From assembly GCA_036490235.1 (NCBI GenBank), contig DASXEG010000134.1, forward strand, positions 9,835 to 73,834: a stretch of DNA of 64,000 bases, written 5' to 3'. The notes beneath the pieces were generated by a model that saw only the letters and a program-made list of their open reading frames with translations, was not told where the DNA came from and searched no databases. The translations under genes and the position numbers were made by a program. Shown here in pieces: positions 50,498 through 59,654 of this stretch. Each line of letters opens with the position of its first letter. Positions within the stretch are counted from its first letter, which is position 1. This DNA comes from Candidatus Sulfotelmatobacter sp. Lineage in GTDB: Bacteria; Acidobacteriota; Terriglobia; Terriglobales; Acidobacteriaceae.

Positions 50498-51211
50498 ATG
50501 AGAACCCGCAAAAACGCTGTGCGGAAGACTGAGGCAGAACGTCCGGTGCGACGCTGCTTTCAGCCGCGCGTCTCTCCGAGAAGGTTACTCTCAAGCGCAC
50601 TGTTGGTTCCCGTTTTTATCTCCGTTCTGTTGGCAACAGCATGCAATTCGAATCCGCCGAGCACACAGGAAGCGAAACCCGAGCCGAAACCGCCAGAGTT
50701 GCTTACGGGGCGGGGCGCGTTTCAGAAGGTGTTCATCGCCGCCCGCAATTACGCGCCCGATGTGAAGCCGTTTCGCATCGAGTCGACTCCCACAACTGAT
50801 GCCAATGGTCACGACGGAAAATCGGCGATTTGGAAAGCCAGCTTTGCCTCGGCAACGCGGCGCGGGGTGAAGCCTTTTATCTGGTCAGGCAGCAATGCCC
50901 CGGATGCTCCTTCGCGCGGAGTATCCCCGGGAAACGAAGATGTCTACAACGCAAGCAATTCGTCTACCCAGGTTTTCGATGTTGGTTTTCTTAAAATAGA
51001 TTCCGACCAGGCGTTTGACATGGCGCAAAAGCACGGTGGGGACAAAGTTCTCGAAAAGGACCCATCCGTACCAGTCATCTACGTTTGCGACTGGAATCAC
51101 AACACGAATGAACTCATCTGGCACGTTATCTACGGGACCTCCCGGGATGACGCCAAGCTCACGGTGGCCGTGAATGCATCGACTGGCGAGTTTACCCGGG
51201 TCGAGAAGTAG
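50498..51211 (+). CDS. Hypothetical lipoprotein
   Basis: A lipobox-like LLATAC follows a hydrophobic segment. I recognise no other motif. Confidence 0.55.
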   Translation: MRTRKNAVRKTEAERPVRRCFQPRVSPRRLLSSALLVPVFISVLLATACNSNPPSTQEAKPEPKPPELLTGRGAFQKVFIAARNYAPDVKPFRIESTPTTDANGHDGKSAIWKASFASATRRGVKPFIWSGSNAPDAPSRGVSPGNEDVYNASNSSTQVFDVGFLKIDSDQAFDMAQKHGGDKVLEKDPSVPVIYVCDWNHNTNELIWHVIYGTSRDDAKLTVAVNASTGEFTRVEK

Positions 51212-51268
51212 AAAACTCTTTAAATTTTTTGGGCCCCTAAATCGATTTCCACTCGGGAGCCAATTCCC

Positions 51269-51940
51269 TTGCCTCGACAACCCGACCCCCTGCTAGAAAA
51301 ACGAATCCTTCAAGCCGCCGGCCGTTTACGGGCCCGGGGAGGCGAAAAAGCGCTCACTATGCGGGCGGTGGCCAAGGCCGCACGAACCACGACCCCAACT
51401 GTCTACGAGCGCTATCGCAACCGCGCCGACCTTTTGCGCGCCCTGCGCATTCAAACTCGAGCGGAGCTTTTTGCGTCTCTGCAAGACGTCCGCACGCTGG
51501 AGGAGGGTTGTCAGCGATATCTCGAATTCGCCCTTCAGCACCGTCACGCTTACGAGGTGCTTTACGACAAATTCGCGGAACCGCCTTCGCTGCATGAGCC
51601 ATGGCCTTCGTTTAATCTGTTGCGGGAAAAGCTGACTCGCCGAATCGGCGGAGCCCCGCGGCAGCACACGCGCCTGATGCTTGCGATCTGGTCACTCGTT
51701 CACGGCACTGCGATGCTGTTGATCCGCGGCGGCGTGGTCGACCCGCTGCGGACGCAAATGTTCCACTCCTGCCTTGACGCGGTTGAAGTTATCGTGACGG
51801 AAAGCGCTCACAACAAAAGCAGGGGGCGCTCCGGACCAGCATGGCCGTCAAATCTGATTCTTGGTGAAGCGGCAGAGAGCAAGGTGGCTTCTGTTGGCGG
51901 GGCAAAAGATTCCCGGCGCGGACGACAGCGCAAGGCCTAG
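51269..51940 (+). CDS. TetR/AcrR-family transcriptional regulator
   Basis: The N-terminal HTH reads LTMRAVAKAARTTTPTVYERYRNRADLL. It starts at TTG. Confidence 0.75.
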   Translation: MPRQPDPLLEKRILQAAGRLRARGGEKALTMRAVAKAARTTTPTVYERYRNRADLLRALRIQTRAELFASLQDVRTLEEGCQRYLEFALQHRHAYEVLYDKFAEPPSLHEPWPSFNLLREKLTRRIGGAPRQHTRLMLAIWSLVHGTAMLLIRGGVVDPLRTQMFHSCLDAVEVIVTESAHNKSRGRSGPAWPSNLILGEAAESKVASVGGAKDSRRGRQRKA

Positions 51941-51979
51941 AATCGCGCCAGCCTCAGTGTGTGCATTGAGAACATTCCG

Positions 51980-52657
51980 CTAGCGCGGCCCTCCGGCGTC
52001 CTGTGCTTTCAACTTGTCAAGAGCTTTCTGTGCCTCTGACGCTTCCGGGCCGTGAGGCAGGATCTTCAGGTAGCTTTCGAATTCGGCACGGGCGTCATCG
52101 AACACTCCCAACTTCTCCAGTGACTGCGCCAACCGGAATGTGGCGACAGCATCGTTCTCTTTGTAAGTGAGTGCTTCGCGAAAGCGGTCCTCTGCAGCCC
52201 TATAGTTTCCACGCTTGAAATAATAAGTTCCGACCTCGATATCCTTGGCAGCCTTCTGCGGATCCCAAGTATGAAATTCGCTGATCCCACCCGGCGCGAT
52301 TCCCGCCTCTTCCTGGGCTACCGTCGAGGAGCTGTTCGGATGCGCTTTGGCATCGTCTTTCGGCGGAGCCAAATCCACTTCCGTATCCTTGCTCGAACTG
52401 TCCCCAAGTGCCGAGCCGAGATCGTCGGCCTGAACACGGTCGGAGCGGGGAGGTTCGAGGTTTGGAGCACTTGACCGTTGAACAGAATCTGAGTTCGACG
52501 GAGTCGAATCCTTGGTAGAAGAAGTTTGTTTAGAATCGCTGGAAGAAGATGCCGAATGAGCAGAGGGCGGTGGGGACTGCGACTGTCCGATTGCTGATAG
52601 CGACCCAGACGCCACGCACAGCAAGAGTCCAAAGCTTAACCTATGCCAACTACCCAT
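51980..52657 (-). CDS. Secreted Ser-rich TPR-repeat protein
   Basis: There is a signal peptide and a low-complexity S/D/P region. C-terminal TPR units follow (GTYYFKRGNYRAAEDRFREALTYKEND, ATFRLAQSLEKLGVFDDARAEFESYLKILP). Confidence 0.65.
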   Translation of the reverse strand: MGSWHRLSFGLLLCVASGSLSAIGQSQSPPPSAHSASSSSDSKQTSSTKDSTPSNSDSVQRSSAPNLEPPRSDRVQADDLGSALGDSSSKDTEVDLAPPKDDAKAHPNSSSTVAQEEAGIAPGGISEFHTWDPQKAAKDIEVGTYYFKRGNYRAAEDRFREALTYKENDAVATFRLAQSLEKLGVFDDARAEFESYLKILPHGPEASEAQKALDKLKAQDAGGPR

Positions 52658-52794
52658 TGACCTATTTTACGACTTCCTGAGAGATAAGAACCGGCGAGCA
52701 ATTAGCTTTCCCAAAAAAAGCAGGCCGCTCAGGGGGAGGCTTTGAGCGGCCTGGTTGGCAAAGTCCTCCGGGGAGGAGGAACTCAAAAAAGTCG

Positions 52795-53535
52795 TTACAT
52801 CGAAGAGGGATTGTTCTGCCCACTCGTCGTGGGCGCGGCTGCCGGCTGATTGCCATCTGTCGTGTTCGTCATGAGGCGAACATCCACACGGCGATTGTCG
52901 GCGCGTCCCGCCTTCGTCTTATTTGTCTCGATCGGCTTATCCTTGCCCAATCCGATCACATAAATTTTGTGCGCGGGAACGTTGTACTTTGAGGCAAGGT
53001 ACTGGATTACCGAATTCGCGCGGCGCTGGCTCAAATCGTAGTTATAGTCCGCCGGTCCCACTGAATCGGTTCCGCCTTCCAATGTGATGATGTAACCCTT
53101 GGTGCTCGCGATGTTGCCTGCGACCTGGTCGAGAGATTGCTTCGACTCTGCCGTCAGATTGTCCTTGTTGAAACCAAACTTCACCGACGTCTCAGCCACC
53201 GGACGATAATTGTCGAGATTTGCGACGGTATTGGTCAGGACGGTGACACGGCCATTGGCTGTGTCCGCAGTCTGTTGCGCAGAGCTGGCGGTTTGGCCGG
53301 CAGCCTGTGTCTTCTGTTCGACTTCAGCCGTCTTGGCGTTCACAGCAGCGATACCAGCCTGAGCGCGCGTGTCTACGTCTTTAATGTCTCTGCTGTTTTT
53401 CGCGGTTAGATCGTCCAGTTCGTTGGTCTTGTTGATAAGCGGTGTGGTTTGCTGCTTTACGTAGTTCTTCGAGGTACAGCCAAAGGTGGCTGCCAGACAG
53501 ATTCCTAGCAAAACCGTTAACGAAGTGCGGGTCAT
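52795..53535 (-). CDS. OmpA-family lipoprotein with coiled-coil N-terminal region
   Basis: The lipobox is LAATFGC. The C-terminal OmpA-like domain reads GGTDSVGPADYNYDLSQRRANSV...NRRVDVRL. The start is taken at ATG 53535. Confidence 0.8.
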   Translation of the reverse strand: MTRTSLTVLLGICLAATFGCTSKNYVKQQTTPLINKTNELDDLTAKNSRDIKDVDTRAQAGIAAVNAKTAEVEQKTQAAGQTASSAQQTADTANGRVTVLTNTVANLDNYRPVAETSVKFGFNKDNLTAESKQSLDQVAGNIASTKGYIITLEGGTDSVGPADYNYDLSQRRANSVIQYLASKYNVPAHKIYVIGLGKDKPIETNKTKAGRADNRRVDVRLMTNTTDGNQPAAAPTTSGQNNPSSM

Positions 53536-53987
53536 TTGTGAGCGGCTCCTTAATCTTCTTTCAGCACGATTGAACTCTCGCGCCTTATATGTGTTGCAAG
53601 CCCTGGGTTTCCAGTTGGCACCGTGAAACAATCATAACTGTGCACGGCAGATGCCAGTTTTCGACTGCCGGTGGAATTCGAGACAAGTATACCGATTATC
53701 AATGGTTTGCATTCGGAATCGAGATGGCGACCATTAACTGACTTGGGCCCCCAGCAAAGCAAACCCACACGAGATATGGAAATTTTATACGGTACCAGTC
53801 AGCCCTGAATCCGGAGCGAGGGGGCAGAAATCGAATAAAAGGCAAAACTTGAGATCTTATTCGACGACGGATCCGGCGCATTTCGGGTTGTGACGTCGCG
53901 TAAATGCGTGCGAGTTTGGCTGCAATACAAATCAAACCCGTGCCAGATCGATCTAATAAAATAGGTAATCAATCCCTCCGTTAATTA

Positions 53988-55964
53988 ATGGATCTTCTTC
54001 AGAAAATTCGCACTATTCCGACCGAGCCCGGCGTGTACTTGTACAAGAACGCCGAAGGAGAGGTGATTTATGTCGGAAAAGCGAAGAATCTTCGCAGCCG
54101 AGTTTCAAGCTACTTTCACGAGGGACGTTGGGAAGATGCGAAAACCGGAAGCCTGGTGCGCGAGGCCGTCGATGTTGATTACATCGTGGTCGCCAATAAC
54201 AAAGAGGCGTTGGCGCTCGAAAACAATTTAATCAAGCAGCGGAAGCCGCGATTTAACATCTTGCTGCGCGATGACAAAACTTACCCTTATGTGAAGCTCA
54301 CGCTTGGCGAGCGCTGGCCGCGAGTTTACGTCACGCGCCGCCTACGAAAGGATGGCAGCGCATATTACGGTCCGTACTTTCCTGCCAATCTCGCTTACCG
54401 GATTGTCGATCTGATTCATCGGAATTTTCTGATTCCATCCTGCAAGGTCGACCTTACGCGCTTCCATCCCCGCCCTTGCTTGCAGTACTACATCAAGCGT
54501 TGTCTCGGTCCCTGCGTGCAGGCGCTGACGACGCCCGAGGCGTATCAGGAAGCGGTTCGCGACGTGAAGTTGTTTCTCGAAGGAAGGCCTACAGATTTGT
54601 CGCGCTCGCTGCGCCAACGCATGGAACAGGCTGCGGACGCCGAGGAGTACGAACGAGCCGCGCGCTATCGTGACTTAATCTCTACCGTCGAGCAATTGCA
54701 GGAGCGCCAGCGAATCGCCGCAGCCGAAGGCGATGACGCGGACGTATTTGGGTATCACTTTGAAAACGGAATGCTGGCTGTGAATTTGTTTCACATGCGC
54801 GGCGGGCGGGTAGTCGACCGCCGGGAATTTTTCTGGGAAGACTTGCCGGAGTTTGAGAGTCCAAGAACGCATCGTCATCCTGAGCGAAGCGAAGGGCATA
54901 TGCAGTCTGCAGGTAGCGCCGATGCGGACTGCACCAGCTTAGCTCGCGATAGTTCGAGGGTTTTGTCGGCCCCCGAAGAAAGCGGGCCTCAGAAGGACAC
55001 AACAAAACCCGGCTTTTCTCCCAATGAGTTCTTCTCTGCCCTTCTGAAGCAGCTCTACATCGAACAGCCTTACGTTCCCCGGAATTTGTACGTGCCAGTC
55101 GATTTCGAAGATCGCGAAGAGCTGGAAAATCTGCTCTCAGAAAAGTTCGCAGGTGAGGGTGCTCGCGCTCCGCGGGTGCATATTCTGGTTCCGCAGCGGG
55201 GCGATAAGCGGGCGTTGATCGACCTGGCTGGAACCAACGCCAAACAATCCTACGATCAGCGTTTCCGCGTGCTCAAGCCGAACGCCCGAAAGATTCAGGA
55301 AGAATTACAGGAAATTCTCAGTCTTCCTGATTTGCCGAAGCGCATCGAGTGCTTCGACATCTCTCACATTCAAGGTGCAGAAACTGTCGCCTCGATGGTC
55401 GTATGGGAAGACGGCAAGATGAAAAAGTCGGACTACCGCAAATTCATCATCCGCACCGTCGAGGGAGTGGACGATTTTGCCTCAATGCGCGAGGTGGTCA
55501 CGCGCCGCTATAAGCGAGTGCAACAGGAAGAAAAGCGGATGCCAAGTCTCGTGCTGATTGACGGAGGACTCGGACAACTACATGCCGCCGCCGAAGCGCT
55601 GGAATCGCTGGAGATCATCAACCAACCGCTCGCTGCGATTGCCAAGCGCGAGGAAATTCTCTACGTTTACGGCCAGGAGAAAGATCCGATTGCGCTCGAT
55701 CATCACTCACCCGTGCTTCATCTGATTCAGCAGATTCGCGATGAAGCTCATCGCTTCGCTGTGACATTCCATCGCAAGCGACGCCAGATGCGTGACCGGT
55801 CGACGGAGCTGTTGGAAATTCCGGGGGTAGGAGAAAGCACCACCCGCCGTTTGCTCGAACACTTTGGTAGCCTGCAGGCGGTAAAGCAGGCGGATGCAGC
55901 CGCATTATCGGCAGTAGTGACGCGGGGACAAGCGGAGGCCATTAGCAGTTATTTTCGCAAGTAA
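53988..55964 (+). CDS. uvrC: Excinuclease ABC subunit C (UvrC) carrying a ~50-aa in-frame insertion
   Basis: GIY-YIG is present (GVYLYKNAEGEVIYVGKAKNLRSRV). The UVR domain is EEYERAARYRDLISTVEQL. The C-terminal endonuclease region has IECFDISHIQG and IDGG.GQL, followed by an (HhH)2 tail. Confidence 0.92.
   Translation: MDLLQKIRTIPTEPGVYLYKNAEGEVIYVGKAKNLRSRVSSYFHEGRWEDAKTGSLVREAVDVDYIVVANNKEALALENNLIKQRKPRFNILLRDDKTYPYVKLTLGERWPRVYVTRRLRKDGSAYYGPYFPANLAYRIVDLIHRNFLIPSCKVDLTRFHPRPCLQYYIKRCLGPCVQALTTPEAYQEAVRDVKLFLEGRPTDLSRSLRQRMEQAADAEEYERAARYRDLISTVEQLQERQRIAAAEGDDADVFGYHFENGMLAVNLFHMRGGRVVDRREFFWEDLPEFESPRTHRHPERSEGHMQSAGSADADCTSLARDSSRVLSAPEESGPQKDTTKPGFSPNEFFSALLKQLYIEQPYVPRNLYVPVDFEDREELENLLSEKFAGEGARAPRVHILVPQRGDKRALIDLAGTNAKQSYDQRFRVLKPNARKIQEELQEILSLPDLPKRIECFDISHIQGAETVASMVVWEDGKMKKSDYRKFIIRTVEGVDDFASMREVVTRRYKRVQQEEKRMPSLVLIDGGLGQLHAAAEALESLEIINQPLAAIAKREEILYVYGQEKDPIALDHHSPVLHLIQQIRDEAHRFAVTFHRKRRQMRDRSTELLEIPGVGESTTRRLLEHFGSLQAVKQADAAALSAVVTRGQAEAISSYFRK
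54874..54896 (+). repeat. Core of a dispersed GTCATCCTGAGCGAAGCGAAGG-type repeat, embedded in uvrC
   Basis: The sequence gtcatcctgagcgaagcgaaggg translates in-frame as (R)HPERSEG and on the opposite strand as ...SLRMT. From memory, this core is a widespread small dispersed repeat in several phyla. I noticed only one copy in this window. Confidence 0.5.
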
Positions 55965-56080
55965 CAGAAAGAAGATCACCGAGTGTGACTTCACAGCCGG
56001 CTGTCTCTGGGCGACATGAGGTCGATCATCGGCCAGCTTTTCAACTAGGCCGTTTCTAAAGAAGACTGCTAAGCTAAAAC

Positions 56081-57379
56081 GTGCGTCGCCCGGCAGGAAT
56101 TCTAAACGTGGAGCAGATATTATTTCTGGCCAATATAGGGCAGCTCCTCACTCTTCGCTCTACTTCGGATAGTTCCCGTCCTCGCCGCGGTGCAGAACTG
56201 CAGCAGCTCGGCATCATCGATAATGCGGCGGTGTTGTGCCTGGGCGGAAAAATTGTGTCGGTCGGCGCAATGAAAGACGCGCTGCGCGATCCCTGGCTTA
56301 GGAAAAATCGGAAGAATCTCCTCGAAATCGACTGCTCCGGTAAAGTTGTCCTTCCTGGCTTCGTTGACTCACATACACATCCCGTTTTTGCCGGCCCTCG
56401 GTTGCTCGATTTTGAAAAACGCATTCAAGGTGCATCCTATGAAGAAATCGCCGCGGCCGGTGGCGGTATACGGTCAAGTTTGGAGGGAGTTCGCAAGGCG
56501 GCTGAGAGGGATCTGGTCTTGAAATTATCGGCCGTGCTGCGCGATATGGCAGTCCACGGCACAACTACCGTCGAAGCCAAATCCGGTTACGGTCTGACCG
56601 TCGAATCCGAGTTGAAGTCGCTCGAAGCCATTCGCGGGGCGGCAGGCAGTTGGGCCGGAACGGTGGTTCCCACGTTCCTGGGCGCACATGTAGTGCCTCA
56701 GGAATTTCATGGCCGCTCACAGAAATATATACAGATCATCTGTGAGGAAATGATTCCACAAGTCGTGAAGCGGAGGCTTGCGCAATTTGCAGACGTTTTC
56801 TGCGACAGAGGTGCGTTCGCGGCAGAAGAAACGCTGGAAATCTTCGAAGCTGCTTCGCAGCACGGGCTCGGCGTTCGTGCTCACGTGGGACAGCTTTCTC
56901 ATACAAAACTGAAGCCGTTGCTGCGCTACGAACCAGCATCTCTCGATCACATGGACCACGTGGACGATGACGACATATTGGAACTGGTTCAACACGACAC
57001 CGTCGCGACCTTCGTATCGGGAGCAAATTACTTTCTAGGAATGAACGCCTATCCGCAGGCAAGAAGACTAATCGACGCGGGAGTTCCCGTGGCGCTTGCA
57101 ACCGACTATAACCCCGGAACCTCGCCAACGTTGAGCATGCCGATGGCGATGTCGCTTGCCTGCACGCACATGGAGATGTCGCCGGCGGAGGCTATTGTGG
57201 CCGCGACGATCAATGGCGCATGGGCTTTGAGAGTCGCGGATCGCAAGGGCTCGATTGAGCCGGGAAAAGATGCGGATATGGCCATCTTCAACGTCAACGA
57301 TTACCGCGAGATTCCCTATTGGTTTGGAACGAACCGCTGCGAAACAACGGTTATCAACGGCGTTGTATCTCAACGATAG
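56081..57379 (+). CDS. hutI: Imidazolonepropionase (amidohydrolase superfamily)
   Basis: VLPGFVDSHTHPVFAG, ASYEEIAAAGGGI, TTVEAKSGYGL, ATDYNPGTSP and DADMAIF are HutI motifs. The start (GTG 56081 or GTG 56108) is uncertain. Confidence 0.85.
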   Translation: MRRPAGILNVEQILFLANIGQLLTLRSTSDSSRPRRGAELQQLGIIDNAAVLCLGGKIVSVGAMKDALRDPWLRKNRKNLLEIDCSGKVVLPGFVDSHTHPVFAGPRLLDFEKRIQGASYEEIAAAGGGIRSSLEGVRKAAERDLVLKLSAVLRDMAVHGTTTVEAKSGYGLTVESELKSLEAIRGAAGSWAGTVVPTFLGAHVVPQEFHGRSQKYIQIICEEMIPQVVKRRLAQFADVFCDRGAFAAEETLEIFEAASQHGLGVRAHVGQLSHTKLKPLLRYEPASLDHMDHVDDDDILELVQHDTVATFVSGANYFLGMNAYPQARRLIDAGVPVALATDYNPGTSPTLSMPMAMSLACTHMEMSPAEAIVAATINGAWALRVADRKGSIEPGKDADMAIFNVNDYREIPYWFGTNRCETTVINGVVSQR

Positions 57380-57401
57380 GGAAACGTACGGGGCCCTGAC
57401 G

Positions 57402-57430
57402 TTGAGGTAACTCCGATCGATTGTTATAAT
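57402..57430 (+). promoter_or_regulatory. Candidate sigma70-type promoter (TTGAGG-N17-TATAAT)
   Basis: The -35 is ttgagg (57402-57407), followed by a 17-nt spacer and the -10 tataat (57425-57430). It lies about 95 nt upstream of tRNA-Phe. This is sequence resemblance only. Confidence 0.3.
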
Positions 57431-57525
57431 CGACGAGTTCTACGCGCATCGGCATAATCAGTTCAAGCCCGCACCGCGTAAACAGAATAACCTTCGCGAC
57501 CGCCGCCAATGCGGTTTCGACAAGT

Positions 57526-57601
57526 GGCCAGGTAGCTCAGGTGGTAGAGCGCAGCCCTGAAAAGGCTGGCGTCGGCGGTTCAACTCCGTCCCTGGCCACC
57601 A
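57526..57601 (+). tRNA. tRNA-Phe (anticodon GAA), CCA encoded
   Basis: The cloverleaf is GGCCAGG-TA-GCTC-AGGTGGTA-GAGC-G-CAGCC-CTGAAAA-GGCTG-GCGTC-GGCGG-TTCAACT-CCGTC-CCTGGCC-A-CCA. Confidence 0.92.
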
Positions 57602-57756
57602 TGTTTTCAATCATTTACCTCCGTTCGGAAATCCCAACCTGTTCCAATTTGTTCCAAAAAAAATAAAGCTGGACCTACCGGGTTCGCCTGCTCAGTAGAT
57701 GTTTGCCCCCAGACTGCAAGCTCCAGCGCCGATTTTCGCCTTTGGAGATTACCCAA

Positions 57757-58185
57757 ATGACAACCTTCACTTTTCGAGCGCCGGAAGAGATAACGACAAG
57801 CCTTACTTCCGCCGAGATGCGTTCATGGCTGCATGATTTTATTCACCAGCCTCATTCGTTGCCGCCGGATCCAGGTTCAGGGTACGGGCGTGTTTCGTTA
57901 ACGCTGCCAGCAGATGCCGTCAATGCTGTTGCCACGTACTCGAACTCGTCCACCAGTTCTGCTCTTCGGCGGATCGCAGTAGCGCGCTTGGGCCTGCGAA
58001 GTCTTAGCAGTCCCGAGGATTACAGCGCCCCTCATCGTTCCCCGGCAGCTCCTGCGTCCGGAAGGTCGCAAGACAATTCGCGATCAGGAGATGAAGTCGC
58101 CGGAGCACTGGTGTCGTTTGTCATTTGGATCATTTTCGTCGGAATTGCAATTCTCGCTGCCTCGAGCAGGAAGAAAGATGGTTAA
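57757..58185 (+). CDS. Hypothetical protein, possible ribbon-helix-helix-like N-terminus with C-terminal TM anchor
   Basis: ATG 57757 is preceded by ggagattacccaa. RVSLTLPADAVNAVATYSNSSTSSALRRIAVARL resembles an RHH strand-helix-helix. The C-terminal GALVSFVIWIIFVGIAILAASS is a TM helix. Confidence 0.5.
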   Translation: MTTFTFRAPEEITTSLTSAEMRSWLHDFIHQPHSLPPDPGSGYGRVSLTLPADAVNAVATYSNSSTSSALRRIAVARLGLRSLSSPEDYSAPHRSPAAPASGRSQDNSRSGDEVAGALVSFVIWIIFVGIAILAASSRKKDG

Positions 58186-58299
58186 AGTCGCATGACAAGC
58201 ATGACTTAGAAAAACCCTATTTACGATGAATTGCTAATTGCCACGGTTTATGGACCCTCCAATTGTCTAGTTTTTGCTGCTTCGTAGATTCTCGGTGAA

Positions 58300-58599
58300 G
58301 TGTTGGAACAGAACATGTCACATTTACCTCGTTACAACAGGTTGAAACAACGTGCGCTGAGCGTATTCGAATGTCATGGTGGCTGGATCAGGCCGACAGA
58401 GTGGGCCGTTCTCGTTGGTTTCTATCCGATCCGCGCCGCGTATTCCTATTTACTTCGGTTACATCGTTTTGGGCTTTTGGAGCGTTTTAAGACAACTGCA
58501 GGGATCGTGTATCGGCTCTCTGAGCGTGGGGCTGGACGACTGGAATGGCTGACGAATGTAGCGAAAACAAGGGCTGCATCCGTGCCAAGACGTCGATGA
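58300..58599 (+). CDS. Hypothetical small protein, possible winged-helix DNA-binding fold
   Basis: WIRPTEWAVLVGFYPIRAAYSYLLRLHRFGLLERFKTTAGIVYRLSERG resembles an HTH plus beta-wing pattern. The start is GTG 58300 or ATG 58315. Confidence 0.45.
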   Translation: MLEQNMSHLPRYNRLKQRALSVFECHGGWIRPTEWAVLVGFYPIRAAYSYLLRLHRFGLLERFKTTAGIVYRLSERGAGRLEWLTNVAKTRAASVPRRR

Positions 58600-58675
58600 G
58601 TGTTAGCCACATTTCTTAGCCAAACTGAGGTTCCGCAGAACGGAGACTCAAGACTATGCAGGCAGTTGCCGTTTG

Positions 58676-59632
58676 CTATTTCGTGGGTTTCGATTGGCTA
58701 ACCAAACGTCCTCTCGGCTCCATGCCTTCGAACTCAAACGGAAGGCCCTTATCCAGGCCGAGAGACAAAGAGATCGCAAGCAAACTTCGTCCAGCCGCTG
58801 AGTTTTGAGCTTCTTCATTGATACTGCACCACTGGCACATTCCGGATTCCGATAGATCTGCCGGTTCAAAACATCCTCCACAGACACTCGCGATGCTCTG
58901 AAAGTCATCTCCGGACCATGTCGAGGCGCGCAGATCTGAATCCGTAAAAAATGGCTTGAACGTTCGAGCACCGATTCGTAGCTGAACGATTGGAACGCTC
59001 CACTCTCTAGCACGTGCTTTGCATAAGTCTTTGACACTCGACTCCGCGTTAGGTCCTAAAATGACGCAGCGAAGCGCGGCTCGACTGAATCGACCAAGCA
59101 AAACACCGTCGAGATCCTCTACTGCATTCGGTGGAACCACAATTCTTCTTTCAGCTTCATACTGCCAGTCGGTCCTTTTCCTAAAGTATGCGGCCCGGTG
59201 CGCCGCTGCTATTAGAGCCAGAGCGTGTCTACGTTTCCCAGTCATATACGCATATTTAAGTATTCCCGAATCTATCGTTGCGGGGCCATCCGCATATTCG
59301 ATGTCACCCGCATACGCGATCGGCAGTTCCTTCACTAAGACGTCCTCGTCAAGCCCAAGGCATATCCCTGCACATTCTTTACCATAGTGTGCCCACATTA
59401 CGACCGAGTCCGGTCGCCTTGAAAAGCACGCTACCGGAGTTTCGACCACCTTCCCGAGAAAATACGCATAAAATGCGCGGTGCTCTTCGCTTTCCAGCGG
59501 TGGATCGGGCTGCAGGAATAGCTCGTAGGGATCGTTGTAGTGTTTTGGAAGCCCAAAGCGAATTGATAAGCCATTGGCACTCACGAATACTTTTGAGACC
59601 GAGTCTGGACCTACGTATTTGAATATCAACAT
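58676..59632 (-). CDS. DUF2971-family protein with C-terminal CxxC...CxxC tail
   Basis: The DUF2971 pattern is IFKY, RFGLPKHYNDPYE, VACFSRRPDSVVMWAHYGKECAGICLGL, KRTDWQYEAERRIV. The tail reads SVCGGCFEPADLSESGMCQWCS. It starts 22 nt after the upstream stop, with a purine-rich gaagagaaagaagc before the ATG. Confidence 0.75.
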   Translation of the reverse strand: MLIFKYVGPDSVSKVFVSANGLSIRFGLPKHYNDPYELFLQPDPPLESEEHRAFYAYFLGKVVETPVACFSRRPDSVVMWAHYGKECAGICLGLDEDVLVKELPIAYAGDIEYADGPATIDSGILKYAYMTGKRRHALALIAAAHRAAYFRKRTDWQYEAERRIVVPPNAVEDLDGVLLGRFSRAALRCVILGPNAESSVKDLCKARAREWSVPIVQLRIGARTFKPFFTDSDLRASTWSGDDFQSIASVCGGCFEPADLSESGMCQWCSINEEAQNSAAGRSLLAISLSLGLDKGLPFEFEGMEPRGRLVSQSKPTK

Positions 59633-59654
59633 GCTTCTTTCTCTTCGATGGTGA

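Noticed and set aside
54675-55005. Minus-strand ORFs 54675..54899 and 54682..55005 (MPFASLRMT...)
   Set aside because: They lie inside uvrC. The SLRMT peptide is only the antisense reading of the dispersed-repeat core, not evidence for a gene.
58654-59387. ORFs 58654..59037(-) and 59019..59387(+) within the DUF2971 gene
   Set aside because: These are alternative frames of a gene with clear DUF2971 motifs and have no independent support.
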